A stretch of 53,919 nt of DNA, taken from assembly GCA_034440595.1 (NCBI GenBank), contig JAWXCH010000189.1, positions 1-53,919 of the forward strand. Reading direction: 5' to 3'. The notes under the pieces are model-generated. The model worked only from the letters and a program-made list of their open reading frames with translations. It had not been told where the DNA came from and searched no databases. The stretch's first letter is position 1; the number at the start of each line of letters is the position of its first letter. Shown here piece by piece: positions 44,881 to 52,128 of the stretch. The stretch is from Planctomycetota bacterium. GTDB lineage: Bacteria > Planctomycetota > Planctomycetia > Pirellulales > JALHPA01. The translations under genes were made by a program, and so were the position numbers.

Positions 44881-46485
44881 ATGACTTCCACTTCGAACCC
44901 GGTATTTGACAGGCGTCATTTTTTGGCGAGTGCTGCATGCAGTGGTGCGGCGATGCTCGGGACCAATACATCGGCCCTTGGCAGTCCCACATTGACATGC
45001 CCTGACGATGTTGCGAGCGGTCACTATAGCGCGCCCTCCAACGCGGAAGTCACTGGCATTGATCCGAATGAGACCGTGTTGTTTGCGTTCGACGAACATT
45101 GGATTCCCTTTCGTCAATCGTTATGTCTCACCTTAGAACCGCCAAAGCTCTGTGACCAGAACCCTGTCCTGGGCCGGGGGGGCGAAGGCGAGCCGGACAG
45201 CTTTTTTGCTTCGCTCTACGGCACGGTGATACGGCAGCACGATCGGTTTCGGATGTGGTACTGCGCCGTCGACAGCTTGAAGGAATTTCACCCGGGCCGA
45301 ACCAATATGCGGCTTGCTTATGCCGAAAGCACGGATGGCACCCGTTGGGAGAAACCAAATCTGGGGCTGCGTGAGTATCGCGGGAGCAAGGATAACAACC
45401 TCTGCGCCTTGGACCGTGAATGTTACAATTCGCCCCTAATACTATATGAGCCGGAGGAGCCAGACCGCCGTCGCCGCTTCAAAATGGCATTTGTTGGCTA
45501 CCACCACCAGGCCCGGCCCGATATGCCCCTGCTGTGCACGGCTTTCAGTCCCGACGGCCTGACGTGGACTGAAGGCGCCAATCCGGTCATCGACAAAAAT
45601 TGGAGTGAGCTAAGCGGCATTTATCGCTGGAATAACATCTACTACGTAAATGGGCAAACCAGTTGGCCACCGGAGAACCCAAAACGATCGATGATAAATT
45701 TTGCTTCAGCCGATTTCACACATTGGCAGCAACCCGGAAGCATCAGCTTTTGGAGACATGATCTGAACAAGCGGTCCAGCTTTAACGTAGCAGGATCGCA
45801 AGTGCACCTGGGCGCTAGCATCTGGCATCGTCGCAACGTGCTACTCGGCTTGTACGGCCAATGGGAAGCACCCGAAGGAGCCCAGAATCCCGATGTCCGG
45901 ATGAACTTGGGGCTCATTATCAGCAACGACGGTGTCGTTTTTCGCGAACCAATCCCTGGCTTCCCCTTTATTCCGTGGGGTAAAGAGCGATCGGATTGGA
46001 AAACGATCCGACTGCTGCAGGCAAATGCCTTTGTTAACTATGGAGACACGACTTACATCTGGTACGGGGGTGCAAGCGATGAAACCGGCAAGAGCATTGC
46101 AATTGAAAACAACGCGGAAGTAGGTCTGGCAACATTGCCGCGGGACCGGTTCGGCTATTTGCGTCCCACAGCTGCCGATGCAATCCTTATCAGTCAGGAG
46201 TTACCCGCGAGCGATGGCACCGTCGAAATTGCAGTGAACGTCGAAGGTGTCGACAAATTCGCCCGGCTGCGAATTGAACTCTTGGACGGTGCGTTTCGGC
46301 CGATCAGCGGGTTCTCGGGCGAGGAGTCCGGGTTGGTGATGGAGAGTAGCCTTCGTTCCCTAGTAGCGTGGAAGAGGGGCACTTCTGCGACCATAAATGG
46401 CACCTATCGCATTCGCGTCGCCTTCGAGGGAGAGCAGGTCGAAAATATCAAACTCTACGGAATATACGCTTTGCCGAAAGCATAG
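44881..46485 (+). CDS. Tat-exported beta-propeller + beta-sandwich glycosidase-like protein (paralogue B3)
   Basis: Twin-arginine leader MTSTSNPVFDRRHFLASAACSGAAMLG. FRMWYCAV, STDGTRWEKP, SPDGLTWTEG, ATLPRDRFGY and C-terminal IRVAFEGEQVENIKLYGIYALP. Confidence 0.8.
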   Translation: MTSTSNPVFDRRHFLASAACSGAAMLGTNTSALGSPTLTCPDDVASGHYSAPSNAEVTGIDPNETVLFAFDEHWIPFRQSLCLTLEPPKLCDQNPVLGRGGEGEPDSFFASLYGTVIRQHDRFRMWYCAVDSLKEFHPGRTNMRLAYAESTDGTRWEKPNLGLREYRGSKDNNLCALDRECYNSPLILYEPEEPDRRRRFKMAFVGYHHQARPDMPLLCTAFSPDGLTWTEGANPVIDKNWSELSGIYRWNNIYYVNGQTSWPPENPKRSMINFASADFTHWQQPGSISFWRHDLNKRSSFNVAGSQVHLGASIWHRRNVLLGLYGQWEAPEGAQNPDVRMNLGLIISNDGVVFREPIPGFPFIPWGKERSDWKTIRLLQANAFVNYGDTTYIWYGGASDETGKSIAIENNAEVGLATLPRDRFGYLRPTAADAILISQELPASDGTVEIAVNVEGVDKFARLRIELLDGAFRPISGFSGEESGLVMESSLRSLVAWKRGTSATINGTYRIRVAFEGEQVENIKLYGIYALPKA

Positions 46486-46525
46486 TTGCCATGTCTTTAC
46501 TCGGAAGTGAGATCTGCGGAGCGAG

Positions 46526-47632
46526 ATGGTAGCCGAGATTCACTCTTGCGACGAGATTCCAACTCCCGCCCTCGTGCTGGATTCGGAAGTTGTGCGTATA
46601 AATATCCGTCGACTGGCAGATTACGCAACGACTAAAGGGCTGAAGGTCCGTCCGCATACCAAGACTCACAAGATGCGAGCGCTGGCGGAGATGCAACTCG
46701 ACGCCGGAGCGAGCGGTATTACTGTGGCCAAGGTTAGCGAGGCAGAGATTATTTCGGCTCCCGGCTCAGACGTTCTCCTCGCGTACCCGCCGGTTGGGCC
46801 GTCACGCGCCGCACGACTTGCCACATTGGCTCGCGATCGCACTATTCGCGCAGCAGTAGATTCGCTGGCGGCAGTTAACGAGGTATCTTCAGCAGCTCAA
46901 AGCGCGAATACGGTGGTCGGTCTTTTGGTCGAGCTCGACGTCGGAATGGGCCGCACTGGCGTCGCATCGCCGTTGGCAACACTTCCGCTTGTGCAGGCGA
47001 TCGATCGGGCGCCCAATGTAAGGCTGGACGGCATCATGGTTTATCCCGGCCACATTTGGGACCCTATCGAAAGGCAGGATGAACCGCTTCGGGCTGTCGA
47101 CATTTTGCTTGAGCAAACAATTGACTTGTGGTCGCAACACGGTTTTGCGGCATCGATCGTATCCGGTGGGTCGACACCAACTGCTTACCAATCCCATTTA
47201 GTTCCCCACTTATCAGAAATTCGGCCCGGCACTTACATCTTCAATGACATGAACACGGTGCGTGGCGGCTTTTGTTTGATTGCTAATTGTGCAGCCCGCC
47301 TGATTACAACCGTCATCAGCGACGCCGTTGCCGGCCAGGTCGTCATCGACGCCGGTTCTAAGACTCTCTCCAACGATCTTTGCCTTCCCGCAAAAGATAG
47401 TGGCTATGGCTACGTCTTCGAGTACCCCGAGGCAATAGTCACTCGGCTGAGTGAGGAGCACGGTCAACTGGACGTAACTTCATGTGAGCCCAGGCCCGTA
47501 ATTGGCGAGCGCTTGACCATAATTCCCAACCACATCTGTCCTTGCCTGAATTTGCAGGACTCAGTCTGGTGGGAGAGATCAAATGAATCTTTGGAGTTGG
47601 TGTGCGTTGACGCACGCGGAAAAATTCAATGA
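46526..47632 (+). CDS. Fold-type III PLP enzyme of the D-threonine aldolase / D-serine dehydratase (DSD1)-like family
   Basis: TPALVLDSEVVRINIRRLADY...VRPHTKTHK (PLP Lys context) and ITVAKVSEAE, plus a C-terminal beta domain (SEEHGQLDV...IIPNHICP) typical of the family. Confidence 0.85.
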   Translation: MVAEIHSCDEIPTPALVLDSEVVRINIRRLADYATTKGLKVRPHTKTHKMRALAEMQLDAGASGITVAKVSEAEIISAPGSDVLLAYPPVGPSRAARLATLARDRTIRAAVDSLAAVNEVSSAAQSANTVVGLLVELDVGMGRTGVASPLATLPLVQAIDRAPNVRLDGIMVYPGHIWDPIERQDEPLRAVDILLEQTIDLWSQHGFAASIVSGGSTPTAYQSHLVPHLSEIRPGTYIFNDMNTVRGGFCLIANCAARLITTVISDAVAGQVVIDAGSKTLSNDLCLPAKDSGYGYVFEYPEAIVTRLSEEHGQLDVTSCEPRPVIGERLTIIPNHICPCLNLQDSVWWERSNESLELVCVDARGKIQ

Positions 47633-47796
47633 CAGCCATCTCATATTTCGGCGAGCTTGGCCACGTTTTGCGAACGGTGCGAAAGCTATAAGAAGTTCAT
47701 ACTTGGCAGTCCGGCCGCGATTAATCGCTTGAAGCCAAGCACCGCTGCGATCGAAGCCATGCAATTGGGCAGGCCCCGAACCTACCGTGATATGAA

Positions 47797-48669
47797 ATGA
47801 TCATCGACATTCACAGCCATGCTTGGTCGTATCCTAAGCACTTTAGCGACGACTTCCGTCGGCAGGCTCAGAGTGCACGGGCGGGAACGGAGGTCGATCT
47901 TTCGGTTACCTACGAAGCTTATCGAGCTCAGGCGCCGGACGATGTGGTGACAGTTGTGTTCGGTGGCAAAGCCCGATTAAGCGGCTTATGGGTAGATGAT
48001 CAATATGTGGCCGATTATGTGGCCGCGCACCGCGATACGCTAATCGGTTTTCTTTCTATCGATCCGACGCAGTCCGGCTGGGAAGGAGAGCTTCGCGACG
48101 GCCACCTTAAGCTCGGGTTAAAAGGCATCAAGTTGCTTCCAATGTATGCCGGTTTCCGACCGGACGACACTGATCTTGATTCACTCTGGTCGTACGCCCA
48201 AAGCCATTCGCTGCCGGTCCTCTTGCATACCGGCACAACGTTCGTCGCACAGGCACCGCTCGACTGCACACTTCCCCGGCGGCTCGATCGCGTAGCAACA
48301 CGGTTTCCGGACGTAAAAATAATCCTAGCCCACTTGAGCCATCCTTACGAAGGCGAGTGCGTTGCAGTCATCCGCAAGCACCCCAATTTATTTGCCGATA
48401 TCAGTGCGCTCCACTATAGGCCGTTCCAGTTATATCAAAGCCTGATGCTCGTCCAAGAGTACGGTGTGTGGGACAAAATTCTGTTTGGTACCGATTATCC
48501 ATTCACGACTGTCGACTCGACGATCGACGGCCTTCACAGTCTTAACGACATGTTGGAAGGCACGAAGTTGCCCCGCCTCAATACTGAGCAGATCGACGCG
48601 ATGATCTTTCGCGATAGTTTGCATTTGCTCGGGTTGAGCTGTCCGGCAAAGGCGGCAAAACAACCATGA
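47797..48669 (+). CDS. Amidohydrolase_2-family metal-dependent hydrolase (lactonase/decarboxylase-type TIM barrel)
   Basis: MIIDIHSHAW start, ILAHLSHPY and ILFGTDYPF motifs. The stop overlaps the next start (ATGA at 48666-48669). Confidence 0.8.
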   Translation: MIIDIHSHAWSYPKHFSDDFRRQAQSARAGTEVDLSVTYEAYRAQAPDDVVTVVFGGKARLSGLWVDDQYVADYVAAHRDTLIGFLSIDPTQSGWEGELRDGHLKLGLKGIKLLPMYAGFRPDDTDLDSLWSYAQSHSLPVLLHTGTTFVAQAPLDCTLPRRLDRVATRFPDVKIILAHLSHPYEGECVAVIRKHPNLFADISALHYRPFQLYQSLMLVQEYGVWDKILFGTDYPFTTVDSTIDGLHSLNDMLEGTKLPRLNTEQIDAMIFRDSLHLLGLSCPAKAAKQP

Positions 48670-49136
48670 CACTTCGTGACTATACCCTCGAACAGCTCGG
48701 CTACCCACTGGCCAGAAACTCGCCGGAAGGCAAGCTCGTCGAAGCGGTACACATCGATAGAAACGTCATCTATGCATCGGGGCAGGTGCCTTTTGACGGC
48801 GATCAATTAGTGTACAAGGGCAAGGTGCCGTCGCAAATTTCTTTGGACGATGCGACCGTAGCCGCGGCCCTATGTGCCGCAAACGTGCTGCGGGCGGTGC
48901 GTAACGCCGTCGGATCATTGGACCGAATCGAGCGCGTCGTGCGGATTACTGGTTACGTGAACTCAGACAGCGATTTCACGAATCAACACTTAGTCATCGA
49001 TGGCGCGTCCCAATTGGTTCGCGATGTGTTCGGTGACGCTGGTCGGCACGCGCGGAGCGCTCTCGGCGTGGCTCAACTTCCACTCGGCGCTGCGGTGGAA
49101 GTGGAAATGATATTTCGCTATGCCGACGATGCATGA
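48666..49136 (+). CDS. RidA/YjgF-family enamine/imine deaminase-like protein
   Basis: IYASGQVPFDG and ARSALGVAQLPLGAAVEVEMIF are typical of the RidA/YjgF/TdcF fold. Length is 156 aa. Confidence 0.8.
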   Translation: MTLRDYTLEQLGYPLARNSPEGKLVEAVHIDRNVIYASGQVPFDGDQLVYKGKVPSQISLDDATVAAALCAANVLRAVRNAVGSLDRIERVVRITGYVNSDSDFTNQHLVIDGASQLVRDVFGDAGRHARSALGVAQLPLGAAVEVEMIFRYADDA

Positions 49137-49341
49137 TGCCCCAGAAGCGCGAGCCGTAGCATACGGGAGATGACATTAACGTGCCCCTTTTAATCTTGGA
49201 CTTGGCGTCGCATGCGGTCTATTTCGACCGCGATCTAACGGAGTGAGTCGATCGATACACGGCAATTGGGTTCGCTTTTTGAGTCAGCACTTACCGTCCG
49301 AATAGGACCGCCATTTTCAACCGTATTAGGAAGTTTGCGAT

Positions 49342-50154
49342 ATGCGACCAAGCAGAATTAAAGCCAAACTTGCGCGCCAGCAGCCTGTGCTGGTTACGTC
49401 GATCAGCTTTAGCGATCCATCTATTTTTGAACTTGCTAGTCTGATGGGGTTCGACGGCATTTGGCTCGACCTGGAGCATCATGCGCACAGCGTAGAGGCG
49501 GCGAACAACTATATCCGCGCGGCCCGGGTAGGTGTGTCCGATGTGATTGCCCGGCCGGGCAAGGGTGAGTTTATGCGGATGGGGCGGATGCTCGAAGCTG
49601 GTGCGAAAGGAATCATGTATCCTCGATGCGACGATGCAGTCGAGGCGGCCGAAGTTGTGCGGTGGTCAAAATTCGCGCCGGTGGGTGAACGCGGCATTGA
49701 CACGGCAAATCCTGACGCTCCCTACTGCTCAATGCCCTTAAAAGAATATGTCGCAATGGCAAATCGCGAAACATTCGTTGTCATTCAGCTCGAGCAAGCA
49801 AGCGCGGTCGACCAGGTTGAGTTGATCGCCGCCGTGCCGGGCATTGACGTCTTGATGTTAGGCCCAGCCGACTTTTCGGTACTCGGTGGTATCGCCGGTC
49901 AATTCGATCATCCGCTCATCGGTGACGCAAAGAAGAGGATCGCGGCCGCCGCGAAAGATGCCGGTATTTATTGGGGCACGACGTGCGGGACCTCACAACA
50001 TATTGAGGAATCGCTTGAAATGGGCGCTCGCTTCATTTGTCACGGCGCCGACATTTTAATGGTCAAGCGGGGCTTGGAGCAAATGCGAGAAAATTGCCTT
50101 AAGCTCGGATTTGCTTTTGATGACCTGGACAACGAAAAACGCATAACTCTCTGA
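49342..50154 (+). CDS. HpcH/HpaI-family class II (2-keto-3-deoxy-acid) aldolase
   Basis: GFDGIWLDLEHH metal/substrate motif, IARPG, and VVIQLEQASAV...DVLMLGPADFS, as in HpaI/YfaU/GarL. Confidence 0.85.
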   Translation: MRPSRIKAKLARQQPVLVTSISFSDPSIFELASLMGFDGIWLDLEHHAHSVEAANNYIRAARVGVSDVIARPGKGEFMRMGRMLEAGAKGIMYPRCDDAVEAAEVVRWSKFAPVGERGIDTANPDAPYCSMPLKEYVAMANRETFVVIQLEQASAVDQVELIAAVPGIDVLMLGPADFSVLGGIAGQFDHPLIGDAKKRIAAAAKDAGIYWGTTCGTSQHIEESLEMGARFICHGADILMVKRGLEQMRENCLKLGFAFDDLDNEKRITL

Positions 50155-50225
50155 TCGACCCGTAAAACGAGCAGCAGCGAGCTCCAAGTTCTTAGCCACG
50201 CGTGGAACATAGAAACTGATTATAG

Positions 50226-51038
50226 ATGCCACGAAACGAAACCAAGAATGAGCCGAACGTACTGGAGCTATTCGGGCTCCGCGGCCGCGTTGCCGTAGTG
50301 ACGGGGGCTGGCGGCCATTTGGGCAATGCGCTGGCTCGCGCGCTGGCGGAAGCCGGCGCTCGTGTCGTCGCTACTAGTCGCGACCCAAAGCGTGCTGCAG
50401 AAACCGCACAATCCTTACCCGACAGCAACGGGATTGAGCATTTCGGCGCTGCGCTCGATCAGACTGACGTCGACTCCGTCGATCAATTCTTCAATACGGT
50501 ACTTCGGAAAACAAAACACATTGATATCCTCGTCAACAACGCGCACGAACATGTGATGGGCGATTGGCAATCTATCTCCGCCGAAGATTTTCAGCACCAC
50601 TTTGCAAATATCACGGGATACTTTCTTTTGGCCCGTCGGGTTCGCGACCACGCGGTCGAACGAGGAATCCCAGCTAGTATTGTGATGTTGGGGTCAATGT
50701 ACGGCGTCGTCGGTTCCTACCCAGATGCGTATCAAGGTATCGGACCAGCCAGTAACGTTGCTTACCACGCTCTGAAGGGTGGGATCGTGCACCTTACACG
50801 GCACTTGGCCGTGTACTGGGCCAAGGACAGAGTCCGTGTGAATTGTCTCAGTCCGGGACCGTTTCCGTCGAGCGCAGCAAATCCGCAATTGGTCGAGCGG
50901 CTCACGGCCAAGTCGCCCATGGGTCGCATGGGATATCCACACGAGCTCAAGGGTGGATTGTTGCTATTTGCCAGCGATGCCGGCAGCTACATCACAGGGC
51001 AAAATTTGATCGTCGATGGCGGCTGGACTGCTTGGTAG
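50226..51038 (+). CDS. Short-chain dehydrogenase/reductase
   Basis: GRVAVVTGAGGHLGNALARALAEAGARVV cofactor motif and YHALK catalytic motif. The stop abuts the next ATG (51039). Confidence 0.9.
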   Translation: MPRNETKNEPNVLELFGLRGRVAVVTGAGGHLGNALARALAEAGARVVATSRDPKRAAETAQSLPDSNGIEHFGAALDQTDVDSVDQFFNTVLRKTKHIDILVNNAHEHVMGDWQSISAEDFQHHFANITGYFLLARRVRDHAVERGIPASIVMLGSMYGVVGSYPDAYQGIGPASNVAYHALKGGIVHLTRHLAVYWAKDRVRVNCLSPGPFPSSAANPQLVERLTAKSPMGRMGYPHELKGGLLLFASDAGSYITGQNLIVDGGWTAW

Positions 51039-52112
51039 ATGCACAAAATAAAAAACCAATCTGGTCGTTTCGAAAAGCAGCTCAAAAAGTTTCGCAGGCA
51101 GCTTGAAGCGTTTGTCCCGCATAATTCGTTCGATGTTCACGCGCATCTCTATCGCGGCACCGATGCCCCCAGTTGTTTACCAACACATATTCGGAATAAA
51201 GATGGCGACGTCGACTGGGACGCATGGCAACAATCTTCCTCAACATGCTTGGGCGAGAGTTTGAGCGTAGCGGGACTCTTCTTTGCCTTTCCCGCCCCAA
51301 AGGTCGACTTTAATGCGGCCAACCAGTTCGTCCTCAGCCAAGTACAAAATCATGCCGACTGCCGGATGCTATTACTAATTCACCCGAGCGACAGTCCAAC
51401 CTACTTTTTGGCAAAGTGCAAATCCAAAACAATCGCTGGCTTCAAGGTTTATCATGTCTATGCGGATCGTGCCGATACACTTCAATCAACGCCGAACGAA
51501 TTCACACCTGAATGGGCTTGGCAAGTTGCCAACGAACAAGAGCTGGTGATCATGCTTCATCTGGTGCGCGATCTGGCGCTTTCTGATGAGGCGAACCAAA
51601 AATACATCCGCAGCCACTGCCTCCGGTATCCTAGTGCGAAGCTCATACTTGCACACGCGGCACGCGGGTTTTGTGCGGCTCATACGGTTGAAGGTATACA
51701 CGCATTGCGCGGACTCGACAATATTTTTTTCGATACCTCGGCCGTGTGCGAGACACCGGCATTGGAAGCGATCTTGCAACTTTTTGGTGTGGAGCGGTTA
51801 ATGTTCGGAACAGATTTTCCAGTAAGCGAGACTGTTGGGCGATGCGTTAGCATCGGCGACAGCTTTATATGGATCAATGAAACCCATGTCGCGTCTAACT
51901 CACTTCCTTCCGCCTGCCCAACCCTCGTCGGCATCGAATCACTGCTCGCAATCCAGCTCGCTTGCCGCAATCTTCGCGTGACCGACAGCGACGTCGAGCG
52001 CATCTTTTGTACTAACGCACGCCGTCTATTGGGTTTGGAAGACTCCGAAGTTCGTATTCCGATCGAGCCTCCCGCCTCGCAGAAATATGAGAAGACGAAC
52101 GGAAAGAATTAA
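51039..52112 (+). CDS. Amidohydrolase_2-family metal-dependent hydrolase (second copy)
   Basis: FDVHAHLY, LILAHAARGF and LMFGTDFPV motifs. Only distantly related to the gene at 47797-48669. Confidence 0.75.
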   Translation: MHKIKNQSGRFEKQLKKFRRQLEAFVPHNSFDVHAHLYRGTDAPSCLPTHIRNKDGDVDWDAWQQSSSTCLGESLSVAGLFFAFPAPKVDFNAANQFVLSQVQNHADCRMLLLIHPSDSPTYFLAKCKSKTIAGFKVYHVYADRADTLQSTPNEFTPEWAWQVANEQELVIMLHLVRDLALSDEANQKYIRSHCLRYPSAKLILAHAARGFCAAHTVEGIHALRGLDNIFFDTSAVCETPALEAILQLFGVERLMFGTDFPVSETVGRCVSIGDSFIWINETHVASNSLPSACPTLVGIESLLAIQLACRNLRVTDSDVERIFCTNARRLLGLEDSEVRIPIEPPASQKYEKTNGKN

Positions 52113-52128
52113 CACTGCCTTTAGTTGC

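Noticed and set aside
5566-45117. Long ORFs antisense to or overlapping strong genes (e.g. 5566-6156, 17936-18523, 34005-34625, 35293-35952, 40484-40939, 44422-45117 and many 60-150 aa ORFs)
   Set aside because: Each lies opposite a CDS with clear family signatures. Their translations are Arg/Ser/Pro/Cys-rich low-complexity strings with no motifs. This is typical of shadow ORFs in moderately GC-rich DNA.
17279-46485. Naming the five propeller paralogues as GH32 levanase/invertase, GH43 or GH33 sialidase
   Set aside because: The C-terminal beta-sandwich with a …LYSF ending and the S-x-D-G-x-x-W blades are compatible with several propeller clans. I did not see the GH32 WMNDPNG/EC blocks or sialidase RIP/FRIP motifs. 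Family assignment needs HMM or structure searches.
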